A DNA stretch of 64,000 nt from Verrucomicrobiota bacterium (lineage in GTDB: Bacteria; Verrucomicrobiota; Verrucomicrobiia; Limisphaerales; J093), in NCBI GenBank assembly GCA_022710935.1, contig JAKLFY010000027.1:1279-65278 (forward strand). Reading direction: 5' to 3'. The stretch's first letter is position 1, and the number at the start of each line of letters is the position of its first letter. The translations under genes and the position numbers were made by a program. Below the pieces are notes generated by a model. That model saw nothing but the letters and a program-made list of their open reading frames with translations. It was not told the DNA's origin and ran no database searches. Below are positions 47,389 through 56,465 of this stretch, piece after piece.

Positions 47389-49212
47389 TCAACGCAGCTT
47401 GAGGACGAAGTGCGGATTCCCGTAGTGGATGTAATCGGCCCAATCGATCGTCTTTTCGCGCAGGGCGTAGACGGCCAAGCGCGCGGCGATGAGGGCGTTG
47501 CCGACCGTTTGGCCGTTGGCGATCGCGCTGTAGAACGACGCCGCGAATGTCTTGGCGGGATCGTCGCCGACAGGCCAGTAGGTGCCCACGTAATTGGCCA
47601 CGCCGCCCCTCAGGAAGGCCTCCGCGAGGCCGACCGTGCGTTGCACGCGTTGGCGGATCCCGTCTGGATCGGTGGCGCGCCGCGCGCGCCCGCGCACCCG
47701 GCCCGATTCGCAGGCATTGAAGACGACCAGATTGGGCAGGTTGCCCAACCCGCTCAGATCGGCGCCGCTGAGCACGTCGCCATCCGCGCAGAGAATCCCG
47801 CTGCGCATGGGCTGCACGGGATCGAACGCCGCATGCCCGGCGTAATGGAGAAGGTCGTAGCGTCCGGACCTGAAATCCTCGAGCAGCGTCGAGCGGGCGG
47901 CCTCGGCGCCTTCGCGCAGGGTCAGCCGCACGGACGGATGCGCGCCGAACAGCGCGGCAATGCGGGTTCCTTCAGCCTCGGCGCCGACGAGATCCCGTGT
48001 GGGATTGACCACAAGCAGGACTTCGAGCCCCGGGTGTGTGCGCCGTTCCTCGAGCCAGCGGGCGACCGACATGTTCTCGGCCAAGTAACGGCGGCTGAGG
48101 CCTCCATCGAGCGCGGGCTGCCAATCGCCGGAGCGCAGGGTTTCCCAGGGGAATCGGGAGGCGGGGGCGTCGTGGACGACGGCCAGGTGCTGACCCCGGA
48201 TGCTGGGCAGCACGGCAAGGACTTCATCGGCAAGGAGCAGTGTGCCGAGTTGCTGGCCGAACGCCGGCAGATCCGCGGGTGTGAAGTCGCGCGCATCGAG
48301 GCGAGCCAACAGGGCATCCAGGTCCTTCTGCGCCGCCCAGCGTTCCGCGGTGATGACGGTGGCTTTCGCGCCCGCGGTCAGGAGCGACGCGCGGAACTTG
48401 AGCTGTCCGGCGCGCTGCCCTTCCTGCCGGACGATCAGATACGAGGAGGCGGCGCCGGGCGGCGCGCTCAGTCCGCGGAGAACCGACGGGGACAGGCTTT
48501 CGGGAGGGCGCGGGAGGATTCGCTCATCGAACGTGACTTCGACATCGCCGAACAGCGGCGTGCCCGCCAGACGGAACAGCTCGCGCTTGATTTCCTCGAA
48601 ACGCCGCGGATCGAGTTCGCACAGGGTCACCCGCCTGAACCGGCGGTCATCGTCCGCGTCCAACAGCCCCCGCAGGAATCCCTTGAGCATGTGTTCGAGC
48701 AGCGCGGCCACACTCGGGCCCGAGCGCCCGCCCAGCAACACCGTGGCGAGATCTTCGACGTCGGTGCGGATCAGCGTCCGGATCACGTTCTCGGCGACCA
48801 GTTCCAACACCTCCTCGTCGAACCGGTCGAATGTGCCCAGGCCGGCGAACATCACCAGGTCCGCCCGCACCGGATGGCGTCCGGTTGGCATGACGAAGAT
48901 CTCGCCGATGTTGCCTCCGAACATGCGCCGCGCCATGAACTCGCTCACCGCGCCGCCCAACCGCTGGTCCAGGGCCGAGGCCGCCCCTTCCGGGGCGACC
49001 TCGCGGAAGAGCCCCAAGACGACCGCGCGTGTGCTGACCTCGGTGACGCTGCCCAGGGTCAGACAGATGTCGAGACGCGGGTGTCGGCGCCGCCCGACAC
49101 AGAGGCTTTCGAGTTTGAGCGCCTGGGGTGGGGAGGCGGGGAGCGCCGCCTCGCGGCGGCGGGTCGAGTGGCTCTTGGTTTTCATGCGGCGTTGATGCAA
49201 GGCTCGGCGCAT
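47389..49212 (-). CDS. CHAT-domain protease with M17_N (leucyl-aminopeptidase N-terminal, macro-fold)-like N-terminal domain
   Basis: C-terminal CHAT: LEVLLVVNPTRDL...YDLLHYAGHAAF (His) ...LVVFNACESG (Cys). The N-terminal AVVLGLFRE...ALDQRLGGAVSEFMARRMFGGNIGEIFVMP...DLVMFAGLGT parallels the PepA N-domain pattern. It ends 6 nt before the queA start. Confidence 0.8.
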   Translation of the reverse strand: MRRALHQRRMKTKSHSTRRREAALPASPPQALKLESLCVGRRRHPRLDICLTLGSVTEVSTRAVVLGLFREVAPEGAASALDQRLGGAVSEFMARRMFGGNIGEIFVMPTGRHPVRADLVMFAGLGTFDRFDEEVLELVAENVIRTLIRTDVEDLATVLLGGRSGPSVAALLEHMLKGFLRGLLDADDDRRFRRVTLCELDPRRFEEIKRELFRLAGTPLFGDVEVTFDERILPRPPESLSPSVLRGLSAPPGAASSYLIVRQEGQRAGQLKFRASLLTAGAKATVITAERWAAQKDLDALLARLDARDFTPADLPAFGQQLGTLLLADEVLAVLPSIRGQHLAVVHDAPASRFPWETLRSGDWQPALDGGLSRRYLAENMSVARWLEERRTHPGLEVLLVVNPTRDLVGAEAEGTRIAALFGAHPSVRLTLREGAEAARSTLLEDFRSGRYDLLHYAGHAAFDPVQPMRSGILCADGDVLSGADLSGLGNLPNLVVFNACESGRVRGRARRATDPDGIRQRVQRTVGLAEAFLRGGVANYVGTYWPVGDDPAKTFAASFYSAIANGQTVGNALIAARLAVYALREKTIDWADYIHYGNPHFVLKLR

Positions 49213-49387
49213 TCAGTGCTGGTCAGCCACGGCGGACCGGCGTCCTTTCGCGCGAACGGGGACGCCGGCCTCGGGCCGGTTGGTCGCGCCGATCGGGCGG
49301 TGTGCGGGCGTTTGACCCGCCGTGACCGGCCGGTCACGCGTGCTTGACGAAGTGATAGGCGAGGGCGGAGCTTTCTCCAAGTCGATT

Positions 49388-50767
49388 ATGAACCTTGCCG
49401 CCTCCATCCAACAGCAGCGCGCCCTCTTCGGCACCGGGGCGACGCGTCCGCTCGCGTTTCGCCGGGCGCGGCTGCGTGAGTTGCAGGACGCCATCGAGCG
49501 GCACGAACAGGCCCTGCTCGAAGCGCTGCACGCGGATTTGCGCAAGCCGCCGCACGAGGCGTTCGGCAGCGAGATCGGGCTGGTGCATGCGGAACTCCGG
49601 CACGCTCTCCGGCATTTGCCCTCGTGGATGGCCCGGCGCCGGCGCCCTGCGCCCTGGCTGGCCTGGCCTGGACGCGGCTTCGTGGATCCCGAGCCGTACG
49701 GGGTCGCCCTCATCGTCGGGCCATGGAATTATCCGGTTCAACTGCTGCTGGCTCCGCTGGTCGGGGCCTTGGCGGCGGGCAACTGCGCAGTGCTCAAACC
49801 GTCCGAGTTCGCCCCGCGGACCGCCGCCGCTCTGGCTCGATTGATCGAGGCGATCTACCCCGAGGACTACGTGACGGTCGTTGAGGGGGAACGCGAGACG
49901 GCGGAGGCCCTGCTGCGCGAGCGTTTCGATGCCATCTTCTTCACCGGCAGCACGGCCGTGGGCCGTTTGGTGATGGCGGCGGCGGCGCGCCACCTGACAC
50001 CGGTGACGCTCGAACTGGGCGGCAAATCGCCCTGCATCGTGTGCGCGGATGCGCCGCTCGACACGACAGCCCGCCGGATCGTTTGGGGCAAGTTCCTCAA
50101 CGCCGGGCAGACGTGCGTGGCGCCCGACTTCGTGCTTGTGGACCGCCGCATCCGCGATGGGCTGCTGGCCGCAATGCAGCGGGCGGTGCGCGCGTTCTAC
50201 GGCCAGGACCCGCAGAAGAGCCCCGATTACGGCCGCATTGTGAATCGGAGGCACATCGACCGGCTGGCAGGCTATCTGCGAAGCGGACAACCGATCGAAG
50301 GGGGGCGATGGGATGCCCAGGATCTCTATTTTGCGCCGACCATCCTGACCGATGTGGCGCCGGACGCGCCGGTGATGCAGGAAGAGATCTTTGGACCGAT
50401 TCTGCCCGTGCTCGAGTTTGATCGGCTCGAGAACGCGCTCGAGATGCTGCGCGAGCGCCCGACGCCTCTGGCCCTTTACATCTTCACCCCCGATCGCTCG
50501 GTGCAGGAGCGCGTGCTCGAGGGGACGCGGTCGGGCGGCGTCTGCATCAATGACACGCTCACCCACATCGTTGGGAGCGGCCTGCCCTTTGGAGGACTGG
50601 GCGAGAGCGGACTGGGCGCCTACCACGGACGGGCCAGTTTCGATTCTTTCTCGCACTCCCGCTCGGTCCTGCGTCGGTCGCTGGCGATCGATCCCGCCTT
50701 GCGTTACCCGCCCCCGCGGATCTCGCTTGCGGCACTCAAGCGCGCCTCGCGATTCCTGCTCGGCTGA
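49388..50767 (+). CDS. Aldehyde dehydrogenase, class 3-like
   Basis: The ATG at 49388 gives MNLAASIQQQRALF. GPWNYP. VLKPSE. ELGGKSP. Catalytic Cys in FLNAGQTCVAPD. EEIFGPILPV. Confidence 0.9.
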   Translation: MNLAASIQQQRALFGTGATRPLAFRRARLRELQDAIERHEQALLEALHADLRKPPHEAFGSEIGLVHAELRHALRHLPSWMARRRRPAPWLAWPGRGFVDPEPYGVALIVGPWNYPVQLLLAPLVGALAAGNCAVLKPSEFAPRTAAALARLIEAIYPEDYVTVVEGERETAEALLRERFDAIFFTGSTAVGRLVMAAAARHLTPVTLELGGKSPCIVCADAPLDTTARRIVWGKFLNAGQTCVAPDFVLVDRRIRDGLLAAMQRAVRAFYGQDPQKSPDYGRIVNRRHIDRLAGYLRSGQPIEGGRWDAQDLYFAPTILTDVAPDAPVMQEEIFGPILPVLEFDRLENALEMLRERPTPLALYIFTPDRSVQERVLEGTRSGGVCINDTLTHIVGSGLPFGGLGESGLGAYHGRASFDSFSHSRSVLRRSLAIDPALRYPPPRISLAALKRASRFLLG

Positions 50768-50824
50768 TGAGATTCGCGTTGGGACTCGATTCGAGGCCCG
50801 CCTGGTTCCGGGCCGACGGCGGTC

Positions 50825-52246
50825 TCATCCGCGCGGCCAGAACCGGATCCAACTGCGCATCGGGGTTTGGGCGAGCAGATCGCGCAAGAGGTCCTCGACG
50901 CGCCCGGCGCGGGGCTCTTCGAGCCGGCGCGAGAGGCTGAACACGGCGACGTAAGCGAGTGTGACCAGCAGGAAGAACAGACTGAAGCGGTTCCATTCAA
51001 AGCCCAGCATCGACACCCGCCGCTGGCCGAAGGCGTCGATGAGCAGTCCCCAGAGCACGGGAGCAATCCCGAGCGTGAGGTTGGCAACCACCGAGAACAG
51101 GGCGAAAAAGTGGTCGCGGCCCATGGCCGGCACCACCAGCATGGCCAGCCGCGTGTTCGACATGGTGTACACGGCATAGCCCAGCCCCATCAGCACCTGC
51201 AGCCCGAGGACGATTCCCATCTGTACATGGATCACGCCGCCGGCCAGCAGGGTCCATCCCATCAGCACGGCGATCCACCCGAGGATGCAGACCACGAGGA
51301 TCGGTTTGCTGCCATGGTGATCGAGCCGGGATCCGAAGAGGAGGAGGCCGCCGATGCCGCCCAGATAGGAGATGCCGGTGACAAAGAGAATGCGGCCTTC
51401 ATCCATGGCCGCCGCGCTCTTGAGGTAGGCGACAATGAAGGCGGTCAAGCCGCCATAGGCGATCGACCATGCGACATTCATGCGCAGGAGCTTCCGAAAC
51501 GGCGGGTGCCCGGCGATTGCGCCCCAGGGGACGGGTTCGCCGCTGCGCACGCCTGCCTCGGGCGCCTGGGCATCCGGAATGCGTTTCAGGAAGTTGAGGC
51601 TGACGGCCCCCATCAGCGCGCTGAAAGCGAAGATGACGGCGAACTGGACCTGCCCCGGATGGTGTCCCAGCGCCATCCCCGCCAGCACCAGCGTCGCCGC
51701 GCTGGCCGCATTCACGCAGGCGGAATCGCGCGCCAGGTAGCGTCCCCGGATTTCGGATGGGACGAGCGCCGTGATCCAGGGCAGCCAGGCGGCGCTCGAA
51801 ATGCCGCGCGAGAGATTGAACCCGAACAGGAGAAAGAGGAGGAGCGCAATCCGGTTGGCAGGCGTGAGGAAAGCGCTGGTCAACGGCACGCATGCCATCA
51901 GGAAGATGAACAGCACCCGCGTCCCCCAACCGGCGAAGACGAACCGTTTGTATCCGATGCGGCTGATGTGTTTGGCCGCCGGGATCTGGAAGATGACCAG
52001 CAGGGGCATCATCCCGGCAATGATGCCCAGGACCGTGGCGCTCGCGCCAAGATGCTTGGCGTACAGGACCATGGGACTGCCCAGGACAATCTGGTACGAC
52101 AGCGCGTTGAACACGGAAAACCGATAGGCGTTCGCCAGGCCCGGTGCCGGGCTTGGTGTCGATGCGGGTGAGGATGGGGACTGCAAGGACAATCTTCCAG
52201 GCCGCGGGGCCGCATCGTCCGCGGCGCTCCAGCAGCCGGGGCGCAT
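50825..52246 (-). CDS. MFS transporter
   Basis: 473 aa with about 12 hydrophobic helices. It has an MFS-type loop (ISRIGYKRF) and internal two-fold symmetry in its hydrophobicity pattern. Confidence 0.8.
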   Translation of the reverse strand: MRPGCWSAADDAAPRPGRLSLQSPSSPASTPSPAPGLANAYRFSVFNALSYQIVLGSPMVLYAKHLGASATVLGIIAGMMPLLVIFQIPAAKHISRIGYKRFVFAGWGTRVLFIFLMACVPLTSAFLTPANRIALLLFLLFGFNLSRGISSAAWLPWITALVPSEIRGRYLARDSACVNAASAATLVLAGMALGHHPGQVQFAVIFAFSALMGAVSLNFLKRIPDAQAPEAGVRSGEPVPWGAIAGHPPFRKLLRMNVAWSIAYGGLTAFIVAYLKSAAAMDEGRILFVTGISYLGGIGGLLLFGSRLDHHGSKPILVVCILGWIAVLMGWTLLAGGVIHVQMGIVLGLQVLMGLGYAVYTMSNTRLAMLVVPAMGRDHFFALFSVVANLTLGIAPVLWGLLIDAFGQRRVSMLGFEWNRFSLFFLLVTLAYVAVFSLSRRLEEPRAGRVEDLLRDLLAQTPMRSWIRFWPRG

Positions 52247-52284
52247 GATCCGGGCCCCCGCTCGATTCTGTCCAGTGGAAACTG

Positions 52285-52378
52285 ATTAGCGAGGCGGGCC
52301 TCAGACCAAGGAGGCGCGTGAACAACTCGTGGCCGCCGGGTGGCAACCACGATCACCGGCAACCGACGCCTCGCTAAT
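52285..52378 (+). repeat. Dispersed ~90-bp element, copy 2 (12-bp terminal inverted repeat ATTAGCGAGGCG/CGCCTCGCTAAT; AAGGAGG + 19-codon mini-ORF)
   Basis: Terminal repeats are 52285-52296 and 52367-52378. AAGGAGG is at 52308-52314. GTG at 52318 to TAA at 52375-52377 encodes MNNSWPPGGNHDHRQPTPR. It is the counterpart of 5811-5899. Confidence 0.8.
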
Positions 52379-52581
52379 CCGAATCGCTCCACCAACGACG
52401 ACACGCGCACGCCGGCGCAGTTGCTCGATTTCATTGAGGCCAAGGGGCGGGATGCTGACGAAGCGATCGCACGTCTGCGGTGCCTCATAGTGGAATAGTC
52501 TTCAGGAACATCGACATCAGTAACGGCGACATTCCCAATGTCGCGTCTTGCGGTCCGGGACTGGCTGCCTGGGCTCGCGCC

Positions 52582-52863
52582 ATGATTTCTGCGTCCGCCG
52601 GCGGCTCCTGTGCCGTTTCTCTGGTCCTGACCGGTCTGTTCGTTGTTCCTCTGTTCGGGGGCGACACTGAAATGGTTGGCAGGCGGGGCGAAAACCGCAC
52701 GGTCCTGCCCCTCAACCAGGATGTCACCCCGCTGGGCCGGCAGACCGACCTCGCCGGGGCCAACGCCTGGGCGCACGCGGCGAGATCCGTGATCTTTGTG
52801 CCTGATTGCGGACCCTTTGCTGTGGAATTGACGAGTCGCCCGATGTCAGGCAGAATCGCCTGA
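52582..52863 (+). pseudogene. Truncated 5' copy of the YncE/phosphoesterase gene (first ~59 codons homologous, then unrelated tail)
   Basis: MISASAGGSCAVSLVLTGLFVVPLFGGDTEMVGRRGENRTVLPLNQDVTPLGRQTDLAG aligns with the N-terminus of 53751-56465 (MISASVFSRGSWAVSLVVTGLLVVSLFGGDTEMVGRRGENRTVLPVNQEVTPLGRQTDLAG). DNA 52539-52757 versus 53708-53932 is ~85% identical by eye. Confidence 0.55.
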
Positions 52864-52867
52864 CATG
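52828..52867 (+). promoter_or_regulatory. Predicted TA promoter (TTGACG-N17-CAGAAT) overlapping an 8-6-8 palindrome TGTCAGGC-AGAATC-GCCTGACA that abuts the antitoxin ATG
   Basis: TTGACG is at 52828-52833 and CAGAAT at 52851-52856. The palindrome is 52844-52865 and the ATG is at 52865. This geometry implies a leaderless or near-leaderless transcript and an operator-like site. Prediction only. Confidence 0.35.
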
Positions 52868-53122
52868 AAGACAGTCGAGTTGAAACCGCGGGAATTTCAT
52901 CGGCGAATTGGCTGGGCGCTGGCCGAAGCGCGCCGCGGCGTGGCCGTGGTGATCGCCGCGCCGGGACAGCCGGCAGTGACGCTGACCCTCGGCCGGCCGG
53001 GCGTCGGAAAGCGGTCCCCGGCAGCCGGGGCAGGCTGGGACGCGCACTTCGCATGGCTGAGGGCCCAACCGCGGCTGGCGACCAACCCGGTGGACGATTT
53101 GCGGGCCGAGGAGCGGCGATGA
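52865..53122 (+). CDS. Type II antitoxin, Phd/YefM-like
   Basis: 85 aa. MKTVELKPREFHRRIGWALAEARRGVAVVIAAPGQPAVTLTL follows the Phd/YefM N-terminal pattern. Its stop overlaps the PIN toxin start (ATGA). Confidence 0.7.
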   Translation: MKTVELKPREFHRRIGWALAEARRGVAVVIAAPGQPAVTLTLGRPGVGKRSPAAGAGWDAHFAWLRAQPRLATNPVDDLRAEERR

Positions 53123-53577
53123 ACTACCTGGACGCCAACTTCATTGCGGCCCTGCATTTCAACGTGGTTGGCCAGACTGAGACCGCGGAGCGGTACGTCC
53201 GGAAGTCGCCGCTTCCGTTCCTCGTGAGCGGTTTGGCGGAATTGGAGGCGCGTCGAGCCTTTGTGCGTCGCACAGGGCAGACGCGGAGCGAAGCGTGGGA
53301 GGTGTTGAGTCAGCAACTCGAAACGGGCCGATGGCTGCGCTATCCGGTGGCGTGGGATCCCACCGCGACCCGCACCGTTGAGTTGATCAAGCGCTTTGGG
53401 GCGCGGGTCAATGCCGGCCTGCTGGACACGATGCATGTCGCCCTGGCGCAACTGAGCGGTTGCACGTGGTTTCTTTCCTTCGACACGAGCTCGAACGCCC
53501 GGGTGCTGGCAGCCTCCGCGCGGCTGAAGGTCTTCCCCGACCTGCTCCCTGGCGAGAAGGCCAAGCTCGCTCGGTAG
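53119..53577 (+). CDS. vapC: PIN-domain toxin VapC
   Basis: The ATG at 53119 gives MNYLDANFIAAL (first acidic residue), ...LAELEARRAF..., ...GLLDTMHVALAQ..., ...FLSFDT. 152 aa. Confidence 0.85.
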   Translation: MNYLDANFIAALHFNVVGQTETAERYVRKSPLPFLVSGLAELEARRAFVRRTGQTRSEAWEVLSQQLETGRWLRYPVAWDPTATRTVELIKRFGARVNAGLLDTMHVALAQLSGCTWFLSFDTSSNARVLAASARLKVFPDLLPGEKAKLAR

Positions 53578-53750
53578 GTGGCGGCGGCAGGCGGTTGACC
53601 GTGCGTCCGGGAAGCCGGAAAAGGCAATGGGGTCAGATCCGTATTATTGACACATCAGATCCGGTTGGAGAGGCTCCGGGGCATGGCGCGACCGTTGAGG
53701 AATCTAGTGTCGCGTCTTGCGGTCCGAGGCTGGCTGCCTAGAATCGCGCC

Positions 53751-56465
53751 ATGATTTCTGCGTCTGTCTTTTCTCGCGGCTCCTGGGCCGTTTCTCTGGT
53801 CGTGACGGGTCTGCTCGTCGTTTCTCTGTTTGGGGGCGACACTGAGATGGTTGGCAGGCGGGGCGAGAACCGCACGGTTTTGCCGGTCAACCAGGAGGTC
53901 ACGCCGCTGGGCCGGCAAACCGACCTTGCCGGCTTGCGTCCGCAGGCGATGGCGCTGTCGCCCGATGGGCGTCGGCTGGTCGTGTCGGGCAAGACGAGCG
54001 AATTGATCGTCCTGGATCCGGCGAATGGCGCCATTCTCGAGCGTGTTCAGTTGCCGTCCGAGAGGCAGAACGAGCCGCTGCCGCCCACGGCGTCGCCGAA
54101 CATCCTGCAACCCGACACCAAGGGGCAGCTCAGCTTCACCGGCCTCATCTTTTCGCCTGATGGGCGTCGGATCTTCCTGAGCAACGTCAATGGCAGCGTG
54201 AAGGTGTTCACGGTGGACGCGGAGGGTTCGGTCGCGGCGTCGCACTCGCTGCCGCTGCCGGCGGCGAACGCGCCGCGGCGCAGCGAGGAGATCCCGTCCG
54301 GTCTGGCCATCTCACCGGACGGCGTGCGATTGTACGTTTGCGGCAACCTGTCGAACACGCTGCTCGAACTCGACGCCGCGACGGGCAAGGTGCTGCGCAC
54401 CTTCGCGGTGGGCGTGGCGCCGTACGACGTCGTGCTTTTCGAGGACAAGGCCTACGTGAGCAATTGGGGCGGACGCCGTCCCGGCGCGGGCGATCTTGTG
54501 GGCCCGGCCGGTCGGGGCACCGAAGTGCGCGTCGATCCGGTGAGGCACATTGCGAGCGAGGGTTCGGTTTCCGTCGTGCATCTGGGTGTCACCGAGAGCG
54601 GGGGCAAACAGGACATCGAGATCCTCACCGGCCCGCACGCCTCGGCGCTGGTGTTGTCGCCCAACCGTCGCTGGCTGGTGTGCGCCAACGCCGGGGCCGA
54701 CAACCTGAGCGTCATTGACACGCGCTCCGGCGCGGTGGCGGAGACGATCTGGGTGAAATCCAAGCCGAGCGATTTGCTGGCGGCGTCGCCCAACGCGCTG
54801 GCATTCGCTGCCGATGGGAAGACGCTGTACGTGGCCAACGGGACGCAGAACGCCATTGCGGTCGTGGACTTCTCCCCCGCTGCGAAGCGCTCGCAGTTGC
54901 GCGGTTTGTTTCCGGTGGGGTGGTTTCCTGGCGCGCTCGTGTTTGACGGACCGCGGCAGCAGCTTTGCGTGGCGAACATCAAGGGCCACGCCGTCGTGCC
55001 CAAGCCGTATCGGGAGAGCGGCGCGTCCGGGGATGGTTTCAACAGCCATCAGTACCACGGTTCGGTCTCGATGGTGCCGCTCCCGCGGAACGATGACCTG
55101 CCCCGGCTTTCGCAGTCGGTCTATGACAATCTGCGCCAGGAGCGCATTGCGGAGTCGCTGCAACCGCCCCGTCCCGGGCAGCCGGCGCGGGCGATTCCGG
55201 AGCGCATTGGCGAGCCGAGCCTGATCAAGCATGTCGTGTACGTCATCAAGGAGAACCGCACCTACGACCAGGTGTTTGGCGGGGTGGGCAAGGGCAACAG
55301 CGATCCGCGGCTCTGCATTTTTGGCGAGCGCATCACGCCCAATCAGCACAAGCTCGTGCGCGAGTTCGTCCTGCTCGATAACACCTATTGTTCCGGGATC
55401 CTGAGCGCGGACGGTCATCAGTGGAGCACCACCGCATTCGGCACCGACTACCTCGAGCGGTCGTTCGCGGGCTGGCCACGCAGCTATCCCGACGGCATGG
55501 GGGAGGACGAAAACGACGCCCTGGCGTACTCGCCGGCGGGCTTCATCTGGGACAACGCGCTGCGGCACAAGATCCGCATCCGCAACTACGGCGAGTTCAT
55601 GGCGCCCAACGTCCGGTGGCGGGACGGGCGCAAGGGGACGCCGGACTTCCTGGCCTGCTATCGCACGTGGAAGGGGGAAAGCGACGAGGCGATTTTCGAG
55701 AGCTACCCGATGATACAGACCATTGCGCCCTTCTCGCCGACCAACTACGTGGGCTGGGAGATGTCGGTGCCCGATCAATTCCGGGCCGACTTCATTCTGC
55801 GGGAGTTGGAGGAGTACGAGGCCAAGGGGGAGTTCCCTCAGCTTGTGATCATCTGTTTGCCTCAAGACCACACCAGCGGCACGAGCCGCAACTGCCCGAC
55901 GCCGGCGGCGACGGTGGCGGACAACGACCTGGCCTTCGGACGCATTGTCGAGGGGCTGAGCCGGTCGTCCTTCTGGCGCGAGATGGCGATCTTCGGCATC
56001 GAGGATGATCCCCAGGCCGGCTACGACCACGTGAGCGGGTATCGAACGACCGCGTACGTGGCCAGCCCCTACGCGAAGCGCGGCGTCGTGGTGAGCACGC
56101 AGTACAACACCACCAGTCTGCTGCGCACCATGGAGCAGATCCTCGGCATGGCGCCGATGAACCAGTTCGACGCCAGCGCCACGCCGATGTTCGACTGCTT
56201 CACCGACACGCCCGATGAGGCGCCGTTCAAGTCGGTGCCCAACATCGTGCCGCTCGATGAGATGAACCCCGATCCCAAGGCGATTGCCGACCCGCAGTTG
56301 CGGCGCGATGCCCTGGCGTCGTCCCGCATGAACTTCCGGCAGGTGGACCGGGCTCCCGAGGACGCGCTGAATCGGGTGCTTTGGCGCGCCACGCGCGGCA
56401 CGCGGGAGCCGTATCCGGAGTGGGCGATCACGGTGCGCGGCGGCGGAGACGACGATGACGATTAG
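53751..56465 (+). CDS. Bifunctional YncE-like beta-propeller / phosphoesterase (PLC-acid phosphatase family) protein
   Basis: Signal anchor at the N-terminus. Repeated propeller motifs (LSPDGRRLVVSG, FSPDGRRIFLSN, ISPDGVRLYVCG, LSPNRRWLVCAN, FAADGKTLYVANG). The C-terminal half starts with HVVYVIKENRTYDQVFG, typical of the phosphoesterase family. Confidence 0.85.
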   Translation: MISASVFSRGSWAVSLVVTGLLVVSLFGGDTEMVGRRGENRTVLPVNQEVTPLGRQTDLAGLRPQAMALSPDGRRLVVSGKTSELIVLDPANGAILERVQLPSERQNEPLPPTASPNILQPDTKGQLSFTGLIFSPDGRRIFLSNVNGSVKVFTVDAEGSVAASHSLPLPAANAPRRSEEIPSGLAISPDGVRLYVCGNLSNTLLELDAATGKVLRTFAVGVAPYDVVLFEDKAYVSNWGGRRPGAGDLVGPAGRGTEVRVDPVRHIASEGSVSVVHLGVTESGGKQDIEILTGPHASALVLSPNRRWLVCANAGADNLSVIDTRSGAVAETIWVKSKPSDLLAASPNALAFAADGKTLYVANGTQNAIAVVDFSPAAKRSQLRGLFPVGWFPGALVFDGPRQQLCVANIKGHAVVPKPYRESGASGDGFNSHQYHGSVSMVPLPRNDDLPRLSQSVYDNLRQERIAESLQPPRPGQPARAIPERIGEPSLIKHVVYVIKENRTYDQVFGGVGKGNSDPRLCIFGERITPNQHKLVREFVLLDNTYCSGILSADGHQWSTTAFGTDYLERSFAGWPRSYPDGMGEDENDALAYSPAGFIWDNALRHKIRIRNYGEFMAPNVRWRDGRKGTPDFLACYRTWKGESDEAIFESYPMIQTIAPFSPTNYVGWEMSVPDQFRADFILRELEEYEAKGEFPQLVIICLPQDHTSGTSRNCPTPAATVADNDLAFGRIVEGLSRSSFWREMAIFGIEDDPQAGYDHVSGYRTTAYVASPYAKRGVVVSTQYNTTSLLRTMEQILGMAPMNQFDASATPMFDCFTDTPDEAPFKSVPNIVPLDEMNPDPKAIADPQLRRDALASSRMNFRQVDRAPEDALNRVLWRATRGTREPYPEWAITVRGGGDDDDD

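Noticed and set aside
52340-52498. 53-codon ORF (GTG start inside element copy 2) ending ...TPAQLLDFIEAKGRDADEAIARLRCLIVE
   Set aside because: The C-terminal 25 aa look protein-like and could be a relic of a destroyed gene. However, the N-terminus is element-derived, there is no ATG or RBS, the ORF is below any reliable length, and I cannot assign a family. Left as a note only.
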